DNA of 64,000 bases, taken from the IMG/VR virus record IMGVR_UViG_3300029705_002947, one strand, 5' to 3'. The first letter of the stretch is position 1. Each line of letters starts with the position of its first letter. The notes beneath the pieces were generated by a model. That model was not told where the DNA came from. It saw only the letters and a program-made list of their open reading frames with translations, and made no database searches. The stretch comes from an uncultured virus (IMG/VR IMGVR_UViG_3300029705_002947) (taxonomy: Duplodnaviria; Heunggongvirae; Uroviricota; Caudoviricetes). This document shows positions 8,466-18,920 of this stretch, piece by piece. The translations under genes and the position numbers were made by a program.

Positions 8466-9149
8466 CTATCTGATACTACAATCTTTATAGGCTATTATTT
8501 TCTTTTTATCGTGATCATACCACACCCAACCACCATCTTTAATTAAAAATACTTTTTCCTTATGTAATTTTTTAAATTTTCTAGTTGAGGCTAATATCTT
8601 TTGAGCTTGTTTATTATCTTCTTTATTATAATGAGGTATTATAACAAATCCTTTTGTCATATTAATTCCTCTAAAAGTTTTATATTTTTTATAATCGTGA
8701 TCTGGATACACGAAAAATTTCTTACACCAAAACATAGAACCTGCCGATTCTCCTACAACTATTTTACATTGTTTAATAGTTTCTATTAATCTAAATTCAT
8801 GTAATAATTTAACTATATTTTCAGGAAATCCTCCAGGTAAATATACAATTGTATTATCAGCTAACAATTTCTGTTTTATTAATGGTATTGGATCTGCATA
8901 TATATTTATTACCACTATTCTATCAGGATTTATACCTATATCAATAAACGGTTTTGCAGTCCTCCAATATATCGATTCTTTATTAAATAAATCCCTATCA
9001 TAATGTTTATAAACACCCTCGGCATCTTTAATATAATTAAAATCATGTGCTAAAGGTAATATTACTAGTTGTGTTCTATTATTAATATTTTCTTTTAGAT
9101 AATCTATTGACTCAACTCCACCTGATACACTAGTTAAAAATAATTGCAT
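8466..9149 (-). CDS. Peptidase S51 (dipeptidase E)/class I glutamine amidotransferase-like protein
   Basis: VYLPGG, nucleophile elbow GESAGS and IIPHY motifs. Confidence 0.8.
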   Translation of the reverse strand: MQLFLTSVSGGVESIDYLKENINNRTQLVILPLAHDFNYIKDAEGVYKHYDRDLFNKESIYWRTAKPFIDIGINPDRIVVINIYADPIPLIKQKLLADNTIVYLPGGFPENIVKLLHEFRLIETIKQCKIVVGESAGSMFWCKKFFVYPDHDYKKYKTFRGINMTKGFVIIPHYNKEDNKQAQKILASTRKFKKLHKEKVFLIKDGGWVWYDHDKKKIIAYKDCSIR

Positions 9150-9172
9150 AACATAACACTCCTTATAATAAT

Positions 9173-9619
9173 TTATTTTTTATGTTTCTTTTTATATTTA
9201 GCTATTTCAACATCATCACGCTTTTTATTTAAATCCAACCCTGCTTTTATAAGCATACCGTAGAATAAAAAGAATACTATGAAATACGTTGGTGCACCAG
9301 TTGTAATCCCTAGTATTGATGAAACATACATACCTACAATAGAGAAATCTACCTTTTTGGCATGTTTTTTCCATTCTTCAAAATCAGATGCATATTTCTT
9401 AGCTATTCTTTCTCTTTCAGCATGTGTCTCAGCACTTTTAATTTCATATCTTATATCTTTGTCACCGTATTTAATTTCTAAATAATTTAAGAATCCTGCT
9501 TTACACATCTTAACATGTTCACTTTGTTCTTTTTTACCAAATCCTTCTAATAGTGGACTATCATATGCACTATACATAAAAAACGCTCTTTCTTCTATAT
9601 ATTCATTATAATTATCCAT
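9173..9619 (-). CDS. Hypothetical membrane protein
   Basis: Two hydrophobic segments near the C-terminus; basic tail. Confidence 0.7.
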   Translation of the reverse strand: MDNYNEYIEERAFFMYSAYDSPLLEGFGKKEQSEHVKMCKAGFLNYLEIKYGDKDIRYEIKSAETHAERERIAKKYASDFEEWKKHAKKVDFSIVGMYVSSILGITTGAPTYFIVFFLFYGMLIKAGLDLNKKRDDVEIAKYKKKHKK

Positions 9620-9694
9620 TTTTAACTCCTTTCATGCTATTATATTATTGATTTGTTTTGTTCATATAAAAAAAAAGAATAGACACAATTGTGT

Positions 9695-12091
9695 CTATTC
9701 TACAACTAAATCTAATACAATATCCCTATTCTTTAACGTAATCATTTTCTTACAAGGATGATTTCTTGTTAATTCTGGAATATCTTTTACTTTAAATTCA
9801 TGTTCCATAAATTGTGTATATATCATAACTTTATCTCCAGTTTTAACTGATTTAACACTAACTATAACTTCGTTCTTTTCTAATCTAGATAATTGTAATG
9901 TTGCACTCTTTCTTTTCATCGTTTTAAATTGAGCTAAAGCACAACGTTTTAATTTACCTTTATTAGTTGCTATCACTATAAACTTATGGTTTTTATTTAT
10001 TATAGCTGTACCTACAACTTCATCAATATCTGCTAAATCTATTGTAGCTATTCCATAAGCAGCTCTACCACATTCTCTTATATCTTCTGTACTTATTCTT
10101 ATACCTCCACCTTCTTTTGTATATATAATTATATCTTTCTTACCATATAAAACATCTACTGATACTAATTCATCGTCATCTGATAATTTTATTGCTGTTA
10201 CTGTACCTCTTATCTTTTGGAAATTCTTATAACTTAATTTCTTAGCCAATCCTTTCTTAGTTACTAATACTAAATATACTTCTTCATCTTTTATAGTTTC
10301 AGGTGGTTTAGGGAATGATGTCACTATATTTCCAGCAACTGTAACCATTGTTCCTAAATCAACTCCACCACTATCTATTGGTGTTGAACTTATATCATTA
10401 ACATCTATATTGCTCATATTACCTCTTTTGTCAAACACCATTATACTTCCTCTATTATTAACTTGGAATAAATCTTTTCCTTTATCTCCTTCTTCTACAA
10501 AACCTATACCATCAACTTTAACATCTAATTTCTTTATTCTATTATTCTTAGTTATAACTATCTTATGTTCTGAATCAGGTATAAATTTACTATCACCAAA
10601 TGTTACTATATCACTGCTTCTTGGTTTACTAAATAATTCTATACCTTCTTTTAATTCATCTTTTATTATATTATCTATTAATTTAGATGATTTAGTTATA
10701 ACTAACAATTCTTCTAATTCTTTATTTATTTCTTCTAACTCTTGTTTATATTTCTTATGAGAATCTTTATTAAATGCTGTTACACTCATCTTAGATATAG
10801 TTTTCGCTTGTAATGTTGAAATACCAAATGTAGAAACTAATTTACTTTGAAATTCAACCACATCTTCAGATTCAGTTGCTAACTTGATTGTTGTTTGACC
10901 ATTCTTAGCATTTGTTATAAATATTAGAACTTCTAAGATATGTTTTCTTTCCATCTTCTTAGTTATCTTTTTATTTATCTGTCTTCTTTTAATATCTCTC
11001 CTAAAAGATATCCAATCTAATAATAATGTTCTTACTGTATAATGTCTTAATTTATAATCATCTACTAATGTTAAATCATAACTAGCTGTCATGACCATTG
11101 TAGTTTTCTTATATAATAATTCTAAGTTTTTATTTAAATCTGTTCCTGGTTTAAATAATACTTCTATACTTAATTTACCTTCTTGATTCTTTTTCTTCCC
11201 TTTATTTTGTCTTTTATCGTTCATATTATGAACGTCTACAAACCCTACTAATTCTCCTGATTTACCCATTTCAACTATCTTTTCTGTTATAGATGATAAA
11301 TCTGTCCCCTGAGGTACTGATAACACTTCTATCTTATAGTTTTCATAATCTACTTTAACTTTAGATTTCATTCTAAAATTACCTTTACCAGTTCTTCTTA
11401 TTTCATCAAATTGTCCATCATCTATTATCTCACAGTTATTAGGTATATCTGGATATATCACTTTATCGTATTCTGGATTATCCATTAACTTCAATGTAAA
11501 TTCAACTAACTCCTTAAAGTTATAGTTAGGAAATTGTGAATACATTCCATATCCTATAGCTTTTATTGATTTAGTTAATGCTACTGGATATCGTGCTGGT
11601 AGATATTCTGGTTCATAAATACCTTCTATATAACCTGCTTTCATATCTACTAAATCTTCACTAAAATCTTCAAAATAACACTTATATGCAAACTTACTTA
11701 ACTTAGCTTCTAGATAACGGTAAGCAGCTGCGTCATCACCAACCTCATTCCCATAAGAACCTGATCCGTCTATAAACACACAAGCATTCTTCCAATACTG
11801 TGCTAACTTAACTGCTGTATTATATATGTTAACCTCACCATGAGGATGATATACCATTGTAGCACCTATAGTTAAACCTAGCTTCTTATAGTTTTGCCAA
11901 GGTACTGCTTTTACATCTTTAAACATTGCATACAATACTCTTCGTTCACTTGGTAATAATCCATCATTCATAAATGGAATATGTCTATAAACATTTTTAT
12001 TTGGAGCATATATACTAATAGCATCTTGTGCTTTATCTTTTAATTCCATAGTTGAGATATTCTCATTAAAGTTAAATTCATCTTTTCTCAT
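9695..12091 (-). CDS. gyrA: Type IIA topoisomerase subunit A (GyrA/ParC-like)
   Basis: DGLLPSERRVLYAM, YHPHG, catalytic AAYRY, and C-terminal beta-pinwheel repeats (VTKKG.AKK, RECGRAAYG). Confidence 0.93.
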   Translation of the reverse strand: MRKDEFNFNENISTMELKDKAQDAISIYAPNKNVYRHIPFMNDGLLPSERRVLYAMFKDVKAVPWQNYKKLGLTIGATMVYHPHGEVNIYNTAVKLAQYWKNACVFIDGSGSYGNEVGDDAAAYRYLEAKLSKFAYKCYFEDFSEDLVDMKAGYIEGIYEPEYLPARYPVALTKSIKAIGYGMYSQFPNYNFKELVEFTLKLMDNPEYDKVIYPDIPNNCEIIDDGQFDEIRRTGKGNFRMKSKVKVDYENYKIEVLSVPQGTDLSSITEKIVEMGKSGELVGFVDVHNMNDKRQNKGKKKNQEGKLSIEVLFKPGTDLNKNLELLYKKTTMVMTASYDLTLVDDYKLRHYTVRTLLLDWISFRRDIKRRQINKKITKKMERKHILEVLIFITNAKNGQTTIKLATESEDVVEFQSKLVSTFGISTLQAKTISKMSVTAFNKDSHKKYKQELEEINKELEELLVITKSSKLIDNIIKDELKEGIELFSKPRSSDIVTFGDSKFIPDSEHKIVITKNNRIKKLDVKVDGIGFVEEGDKGKDLFQVNNRGSIMVFDKRGNMSNIDVNDISSTPIDSGGVDLGTMVTVAGNIVTSFPKPPETIKDEEVYLVLVTKKGLAKKLSYKNFQKIRGTVTAIKLSDDDELVSVDVLYGKKDIIIYTKEGGGIRISTEDIRECGRAAYGIATIDLADIDEVVGTAIINKNHKFIVIATNKGKLKRCALAQFKTMKRKSATLQLSRLEKNEVIVSVKSVKTGDKVMIYTQFMEHEFKVKDIPELTRNHPCKKMITLKNRDIVLDLVVE

Positions 12092-12138
12092 ATTATCAAC
12101 CTCCTATAAATTAAAAGACCGATATATAACATATCGGT

Positions 12139-14568
12139 CTAGTTATCTAACATATCTTTTCTAATTTCAAATGCTTCTGTCATTTCTCTTCTATTATCTG
12201 AATTAGCTTTTCCTTTTCCATGTAAAGTATCGTACATTTTACATGCTTCTTTTACATCGCTAACTGTTAATTGTATTAATGTTCTTTTCTCTGGATTCAT
12301 TACATTCATCCACATATCATCGCTTGATAACTCCCCTAACCCTTTATAACGTAGTTCTATACCTGGTTGTAATTTGTTTGTTAATTCTAAGAATTCTCCT
12401 ATACTTAATTTACCTCTAAATTCTTTTCCGTCCTTATATTTTTCAACTACTCTATAATACATACTATCATTCTTATCCATTAAATCTTTTAAATCTTTTG
12501 TCTTTCTATCGAATAAGCTATCTATTGTAAATATCTGATAAGCTCCTTCGTATATTCCTTCAATTATCGTATTCATCTTATTGTCTTTGTCAGATTCAAT
12601 TTTTATTTCTGGGAACTTCTTAGCCATATTCTTCTTAAAGTTCTTTTCATCTTTATATTTTATAACGTATTCTATTAACGTTGGATTTGCACTATAATGA
12701 TTACTACATCTAGTTAGTTCATCTAGATAATATTGATTTAATTTTAAGAATTCTAATAGTTCTCTCTTAGTTAATTCTTTGCCTCCATCTTCTTGAATTG
12801 TATACTTATCCATAACATTTCTAAAATAAACTGATTGATATTGTTCTTTATCTGTTATGAATGGAGTTTTCTTATCTTTGATTTTATATAATGGTGGAAC
12901 TGATAAATATAATCTTCCATCATATATTAAATCTGTCATATGCTTTAAGAAGAATCCACCTAATAATGAGAAGATAAAGAAACCATCCACATCAGCATCC
13001 GATGTTATTATTACTTTATCAAATCTACATTTACTTACATCAAAATTATCTCCAATACCTGCATTAATTGCTCTTGTTAAGTTCTTAAACGTTTCATTCT
13101 TTGTATACACTTCATTACTATCCATTGTATATGCTTCTCCTGGAACACCTCTCATTGTATACATCGCTTGATAATCAGCATCTCTTGCTTGTGTACCATT
13201 TGATTTAACTGATAACCCCTCAAATATGAATAATTCTCTATAATCTTTCTTACCTTTCTTATTTGCAGGGAAATAGTTTGGTATTGAATGTTCTGCAACT
13301 GCTCCAACTTCTCTTTTAATTACTGCTTGTTTTGCTTTTGTAGATTCATATCTTGCTTTTGCATTGGCTTTAATTAAACTTGTGTATGATTTAAGTTCTT
13401 TAGGATTATTTTCAAAGAATACTGTTAATTGAGATCTAACAATTTCTTTTAACGGTTTAACCATTTTATTATTTTCTATCTTCTCTTTCGTTTGCCCAGT
13501 GAATCCTGGGTCCATACTCGTACTTACTGTTAAAGCTAATACTAAAGAATTAGTTATATCATTATATAATATATTGAATTTCTCTTTTTCTTTCTCTGTT
13601 AATATATCTCTAGTTTTTCTACTTAAATATTCACAAATAGCTGTAACTACTGCATTCGTATGATCTCCTTCATCTACTGTATGCACAAAGTTACAGAATG
13701 ATCTTGTTTTCATTTCTAACATATCTACATTTAATGCAAATGCAAATTCTAAATCTATATCTCTTTTTAATATTTGGTTGTCAACTTTACCTCCTGATTT
13801 AACTATTCTTATTTCTTCATCTATTTTTGTAGTTCCTATTCCTGTATATATAGGTGTGTGATTTTTAGGAGATATTTCATATACTAGATCTCCTATACCG
13901 TTTTTACTTCTACTAAATTCATATCTTGTTATTTTACCTTTCTTTTCTATTTCAAGTTCTATTGTAATATTTTTATCTAAGAAATGTTTTATATTATTTA
14001 ACCAGAATAGGATATCTTCACCTTTCATTTGACATTTACCCATATATTTTTCACTAGGTTTAAATGTCACTATTGTACCATGTCTTTTTTTGTCTTTGCA
14101 AGGTTTAACTTTACCATCTTGTACTTGAACTCCGTCCTTAAATTCAACTACTGCATATTCACCTAATTTATATACCTCAAGTTTGAAATATTCTGATAAA
14201 GCATTACAACATTTTAATCCCGCACCGTTTTGCCCCGCAGACTTCTGATTAGAAGTCCTGTTAAATTTTGTACTTGATTGTATTTTTGTACATGCATCTA
14301 ACATTTTATTAAATGGTAGACCACGACCATCATCCTCTGCAACAAATAAATTTTCATCTTCATTTAAATATAAATAAACATTTTCCCCTGGTGAATTAAT
14401 ATTTAGACATTCATCTATACAGTTATTAATACACTCTTTTGATAAATGTATAGCTCCTAATGAACCAACTCTTGATATATACATTAAAGGCGACATTCTG
14501 ATTTTATCTAAATCATTTTCCATAACCTGCATTTCTTCTTCAATAAACTTCTTATTATTTTTACTCAT
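12139..14568 (-). CDS. gyrB: Type IIA topoisomerase subunit B (GyrB/ParE-like)
   Basis: GHKL motifs ECINNCIDE, DDGRGLP, GQNGAG; TOPRIM FEGLS, DADVDG, PPLY, RYKGLGE. Start placed at MSKN (14568) after GGAGG. Confidence 0.93.
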   Translation of the reverse strand: MSKNNKKFIEEEMQVMENDLDKIRMSPLMYISRVGSLGAIHLSKECINNCIDECLNINSPGENVYLYLNEDENLFVAEDDGRGLPFNKMLDACTKIQSSTKFNRTSNQKSAGQNGAGLKCCNALSEYFKLEVYKLGEYAVVEFKDGVQVQDGKVKPCKDKKRHGTIVTFKPSEKYMGKCQMKGEDILFWLNNIKHFLDKNITIELEIEKKGKITRYEFSRSKNGIGDLVYEISPKNHTPIYTGIGTTKIDEEIRIVKSGGKVDNQILKRDIDLEFAFALNVDMLEMKTRSFCNFVHTVDEGDHTNAVVTAICEYLSRKTRDILTEKEKEKFNILYNDITNSLVLALTVSTSMDPGFTGQTKEKIENNKMVKPLKEIVRSQLTVFFENNPKELKSYTSLIKANAKARYESTKAKQAVIKREVGAVAEHSIPNYFPANKKGKKDYRELFIFEGLSVKSNGTQARDADYQAMYTMRGVPGEAYTMDSNEVYTKNETFKNLTRAINAGIGDNFDVSKCRFDKVIITSDADVDGFFIFSLLGGFFLKHMTDLIYDGRLYLSVPPLYKIKDKKTPFITDKEQYQSVYFRNVMDKYTIQEDGGKELTKRELLEFLKLNQYYLDELTRCSNHYSANPTLIEYVIKYKDEKNFKKNMAKKFPEIKIESDKDNKMNTIIEGIYEGAYQIFTIDSLFDRKTKDLKDLMDKNDSMYYRVVEKYKDGKEFRGKLSIGEFLELTNKLQPGIELRYKGLGELSSDDMWMNVMNPEKRTLIQLTVSDVKEACKMYDTLHGKGKANSDNRREMTEAFEIRKDMLDN

Positions 14569-14584
14569 ATCATCAACCTCCATA

Positions 14585-15409
14585 TTATATTAATTTATTT
14601 GTTGTCGTAACTTTAAATTCTAAAAGTTTTAAATAAACGTCTATGGGTAATACTTGTTTATATTTTTCAGCCAAATATTTAATATATTTTTCTTTACTTT
14701 CCTTATAAAACATAAATGCATCAAATATGTTATCAAATGTTTTACTAGTATACACTACGTTATTATATTCATCTATTGTTGTTGTTCTAGCTCTATATTT
14801 TACGGTACGCATATCATTTCGTCGTGTAACTCCTATAGGTAGATCATCATTTTTATAATTTCTAAAATCTTTGAATACTTCATTTATTGAATTTGGAATT
14901 AAACAACATGTCTGAGGCGAATATATCCTACTATCGGGTTTTAATATGTCTTTATCTATACATAGAAAATCATCATATAATGTATAAACATGTTCATTAT
15001 ACCATTTTGCAAAATTTTGATAACACCACCATTCTTCACAAACTGTAACATCTTCATATGACGGGTGTTTACCATCAAAATTCCCAACTCGTTTATGGAT
15101 TCCACTCCATATTTTATATTCATTATGCAAAACTCTTTTACCGTTTTCATCTCTATGTTCAGAAGCATACGGTCCTTGACCCAAATATCCATGTTTACCA
15201 TGTACTACTTTATTATAATTTTTAACATACCCTTTTTGAAAATTTACGTACTGAGTTTTAACTTCACAATCTTTACCATCTAGAAATTTTACTATGATAT
15301 TATCATAACTGTAATATTCAATAATTTGCATTTTTTCTCCTTCTTTATTAATTCCTACCTGTCCTATCCTTTCATCTATTGGTAAACTTTCATTTAAATA
15401 TTTCGACAT
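14585..15409 (-). CDS. Free-standing HNH-type homing endonuclease-like protein
   Basis: Y..W......Y..V.VCEEW..YQNFAKW and IDKDIL....IYSPQTCCLIP..IN motifs typical of phage HNH endonucleases, plus a probable C-terminal DNA-binding region. Confidence 0.75.
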   Translation of the reverse strand: MSKYLNESLPIDERIGQVGINKEGEKMQIIEYYSYDNIIVKFLDGKDCEVKTQYVNFQKGYVKNYNKVVHGKHGYLGQGPYASEHRDENGKRVLHNEYKIWSGIHKRVGNFDGKHPSYEDVTVCEEWWCYQNFAKWYNEHVYTLYDDFLCIDKDILKPDSRIYSPQTCCLIPNSINEVFKDFRNYKNDDLPIGVTRRNDMRTVKYRARTTTIDEYNNVVYTSKTFDNIFDAFMFYKESKEKYIKYLAEKYKQVLPIDVYLKLLEFKVTTTNKLI

Positions 15410-15516
15410 ATATACCTCCTATAAATATAATTTACACTTATTTGTTTATAAAAATATAATATTTAATACAGAGTAACCCCTGTATTAAATATTATATCAT
15501 TTTTATTTATTATTCT

Positions 15517-16284
15517 TTATTTCTCACAATGTCTTACAGCGAATAGGAAATCACTATCTACCCATGATATTACTCTATCTACAAATAATTGAAATGGTTC
15601 TTCATATACTTCCCACATACCATCATTCTCTAAATGATCTAAAACATATACATGCATACAACAATCATCGTGATATGTTTTATGTCTAATTTTCGTATTT
15701 ATATATTCAAGATCATCTACAAATTCTTCTGAATAACAAAAATCTTCATCGTCATATTCCTTTATTAAACTTATTATTTTCTTTGCATTTTCAACAAGTT
15801 TACTAATTTCTTCTTCATCTGTCATATTAATAGTTTTAAACATACCTTCAAATATAAGGTCATTTGAACCCCATCCATACCATTTTCCTTCAAATTTCTT
15901 TTCACAATCATCAAAATCTCTTTGAATGAATCTGTCGTAAATTTTTTCATCTTTTTTCCATTGATTAAATTCTCTCCACCAATTTGCATTCTCTTCATAT
16001 AATTTAATACGTCTATCCAATATGTCATTTAAATATGCTATATACTCAAGATATTCTTCATACAGTTTTTCTTCATCGAAATTATCAGGGTCTATTTCAT
16101 CACTATAGGCATCTAAATTTTCTAAGATAAACTCACGATAATCTTCATCTTCAAACATACCAAATATACTTTTTCTATAATCTTTAGAATATTCTTTTAC
16201 ATTTTCATCTAAAGCTTTATGAATATCATATTGTCTTTCTCTAAACATTCTATATTCTTTTTTTATTTCTTCTAAATTTTTCAT
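15517..16284 (-). CDS. Hypothetical acidic protein (probable early gene)
   Basis: D/E-rich ORF with GGAGG RBS downstream of the early-type motif at 16316-16356. Confidence 0.8.
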   Translation of the reverse strand: MKNLEEIKKEYRMFRERQYDIHKALDENVKEYSKDYRKSIFGMFEDEDYREFILENLDAYSDEIDPDNFDEEKLYEEYLEYIAYLNDILDRRIKLYEENANWWREFNQWKKDEKIYDRFIQRDFDDCEKKFEGKWYGWGSNDLIFEGMFKTINMTDEEEISKLVENAKKIISLIKEYDDEDFCYSEEFVDDLEYINTKIRHKTYHDDCCMHVYVLDHLENDGMWEVYEEPFQLFVDRVISWVDSDFLFAVRHCEK

Positions 16285-16383
16285 AACAATACCTCCAATA
16301 TTTTTTTTTATTTATTTCATTGTTATAATATATAATTGAAAATTAACCTTTTTACAAAGGAACATACAAAAAAAAGATAAGGA

Positions 16384-16605
16384 TTATTCCTTATCTTCCC
16401 AATATGTTCTATTAAATTCATCATCAGTTTCTACTTGATTTTCTATCACATATTGTTCCATACCTTTTGTTATTGGGCTTGGTTTACCTGTTACTACTTG
16501 ATATAATGCTGAACAGAATGCTGTAGCTAATACCAGTGCACATAATATCACTGGTATTAATCCTATTATTATTGCAGTTTTTATTAATCTTTTTATAGTT
16601 TTCAT
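16384..16605 (-). CDS. Small membrane protein
   Basis: One long hydrophobic segment; GGAGG RBS. Confidence 0.7.
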   Translation of the reverse strand: MKTIKRLIKTAIIIGLIPVILCALVLATAFCSALYQVVTGKPSPITKGMEQYVIENQVETDDEFNRTYWEDKE

Positions 16606-16616
16606 ATTATTACCTC

Positions 16617-17075
16617 CTAATAATTTAATGTATAACCTAATTCTAATACTTCAGGATAAGTTTCTATAAATTCTATAGCCCATAAATCAGCCATTTTTTC
16701 TATTGTTATTTCTCTATATCCTTTTTCATATTCATAAGCTGTTGTAGCTCTTTGTATTTTCATCATATCTTTATCGTAACTACATTGTATAACGTCAGAA
16801 GGTACATCTTCTAATGTTATATAATGCCCTATTTCATGAAGTAATGAGAATGTATAATTATCTTGTTCTGTTAATAATAATCCATATTCTACCATTAAAT
16901 ATTTCATCATGAAACTTTTCCACCAATGACGGTCTTCTATTGTACCTATATATTCTTCTGGAACAGATATATTTCTAGAATCTACTCCATAAGTAAAGCT
17001 TTCACCAAGTATTATTTCTGGTCTTACAAATCCTTCTATTTTACTTTCCACGAAATCTAATATCATTTTATACAT
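16617..17075 (-). CDS. HExxH zinc metallopeptidase-like protein (ImmA/IrrE-like)
   Basis: LLHEIGH followed by E..AD.WA. Confidence 0.7.
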   Translation of the reverse strand: MYKMILDFVESKIEGFVRPEIILGESFTYGVDSRNISVPEEYIGTIEDRHWWKSFMMKYLMVEYGLLLTEQDNYTFSLLHEIGHYITLEDVPSDVIQCSYDKDMMKIQRATTAYEYEKGYREITIEKMADLWAIEFIETYPEVLELGYTLNY

Positions 17076-17088
17076 AAATTTACCCTCC

Positions 17089-17283
17089 CTAATTATTAGT
17101 TACTATATTTATTATATTAACTTTCTTTTCTAATTCCCAATTATTAATTAATGCTTGATTACATAAATTTCTTATAGTATCTTCAAATCTATTATCATCA
17201 GCAATTTGTTTTAACATTTGATCGATTGTATTTTGATACATTGTTCTATATTCTTCATTTAAATTCATAAATTCTTTACTCAT
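17089..17283 (-). CDS. Hypothetical protein
   Basis: Short ORF with GGAGG RBS in an operon-like array. Confidence 0.7.
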   Translation of the reverse strand: MSKEFMNLNEEYRTMYQNTIDQMLKQIADDNRFEDTIRNLCNQALINNWELEKKVNIINIVTNN

Positions 17284-17343
17284 AATATTCCCTCCAAATT
17301 TATATTATAAAATGATGAAAGAGAGATTAAATCTCTCTTTCAT

Positions 17344-17601
17344 CTATACTAATGTTGCTTCCATCATTGCTATTTCAATTGTACAACCACTATCTAAATC
17401 AACTTTTGTTAATCCCCAACACTCTTTAGGATTGTACTGTTGTTTTAATACTCTATCTGTATTTTTTGATTCTACTAATGCTTTAGTTCTTGCTTCAAAT
17501 ATTTCTAAAGCTTCTTTTTCATCTCTAACATGATTTGTCATTGTATATATATTAAATCCTTCTTCATTCTCAACTATTTCTGTTATTATAAATAATCTCA
17601 T
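17344..17601 (-). CDS. Hypothetical protein
   Basis: Short ORF with GGGAGG RBS. Confidence 0.7.
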   Translation of the reverse strand: MRLFIITEIVENEEGFNIYTMTNHVRDEKEALEIFEARTKALVESKNTDRVLKQQYNPKECWGLTKVDLDSGCTIEIAMMEATLV

Positions 17602-17672
17602 ATAATTATTCCTCCCAATATTTTTTATATTTGTTTTATTTGGAACATACTAATTTATACTATTAAACTTTT

Positions 17673-17972
17673 CTATTTCTTATTCTTTACTATTTTAACT
17701 ATTGCAACTATTAAACCTATGATTACAGCAAATGGTAATAATGCTACAACTATTGCTAATAGAATTCCTAATATCCAGAATATAAATTTGAAGAATAAGC
17801 ACGCTAAACATATACCTATAAAGATTATAAAGAATCCGAATATTATCGGTTTGATTACTAAACCAACTGCTGTATCAAACATTATTATACCCATTGCACT
17901 CATTGCTGCTCTACCTACTAAATAACAAACTATAAATCCTATTATTACTCCAAATCCCATTAATGTTTCCAT
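17673..17972 (-). CDS. Hypothetical multi-pass membrane protein
   Basis: Almost entirely hydrophobic 99 aa; GGAGG RBS; early-type promoter at 18032-18071. Confidence 0.75.
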   Translation of the reverse strand: METLMGFGVIIGFIVCYLVGRAAMSAMGIIMFDTAVGLVIKPIIFGFFIIFIGICLACLFFKFIFWILGILLAIVVALLPFAVIIGLIVAIVKIVKNKK

Positions 17973-18066
17973 AAATTATTACCTCCATTTATTTTATTTT
18001 TATGTGAATATAGATATCTTATTTATCTATATTCACATTTATAATATGGTATCAAAAACCTATGAA

Positions 18067-18873
18067 TTACACTTCTTCCCCTTTAGGTTCATGTAACCAA
18101 TCAAAATATTTATTTGTAATATCAGCTATTAAAGATGCTGCTTGTTTATTATTGCATACCTTTAATACATCACTAACCTTATTCATAATAGCTTCAACTT
18201 CGTCTTTCGTATCATGCATTTCAGATATCATATCCATACATTCATCTATATACCATTCAGTTGTTTCCCAACCTTCTTCTAAGGCATATAATATCCAATC
18301 TGCTCTTTTATCATAATCAGCATAATACTCATCATATTCGTTTCCTTTAAACATAAATTCACCCATGACTGTACATCCAGGTTCATAGAATTTTAGACTA
18401 GCTTCTAAATGTTCACTATATTTTTCAGCCCATCTTCTAAATATATTATCTGGTGGTCCCCATGGTGTTTCACAATAACAATGTATTTCTAATGTCATGA
18501 TACAATCTGTATCTAAATTCTTAACAAATTCTTCATTGAATATTTGATTTTCTTCATGTAAATGATGTCCTTCATTAAATATTTGAATTGGCTCTTCACC
18601 TTCTTTTTCTATCATAAGATACACTTGTTGTTCATAACTTGGGGACCATTTACATCCCCAATGTTCTAATCTCCATGTATACCATTCACTGAATACTTCT
18701 CCCGCATCATCTAATGGTGTTGGGTCAAATTGTTCAAAATCTAAAATGTAATCATATTCTTTAGAATTCGAATCATAAGGATTCTTATTAGTTTTAAAAT
18801 TATCTTGTATGAATTCTTTAACATATTTACCTTGACCTTTCACAGTTATATTATTAGAACACCAATTTGGCAT
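18067..18873 (-). CDS. YubB/DUF1281-like ferredoxin-fold protein
   Basis: MPNWCSN N-terminus, LDF..P.P, WY.WR..HWG.KW, TPW.PP, YEPG...G motifs. Confidence 0.75.
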   Translation of the reverse strand: MPNWCSNNITVKGQGKYVKEFIQDNFKTNKNPYDSNSKEYDYILDFEQFDPTPLDDAGEVFSEWYTWRLEHWGCKWSPSYEQQVYLMIEKEGEEPIQIFNEGHHLHEENQIFNEEFVKNLDTDCIMTLEIHCYCETPWGPPDNIFRRWAEKYSEHLEASLKFYEPGCTVMGEFMFKGNEYDEYYADYDKRADWILYALEEGWETTEWYIDECMDMISEMHDTKDEVEAIMNKVSDVLKVCNNKQAASLIADITNKYFDWLHEPKGEEV

Positions 18874-18920
18874 ATAATTACCTCCCTATATTTATATTAT
18901 ATATTTTGTATATTTATATA

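Noticed and set aside
9695..14583. Intein or group I intron in the topoisomerase genes
   Set aside because: Both ORFs are continuous; the GyrB insertion lacks intein C/S...HN termini and LAGLIDADG motifs.
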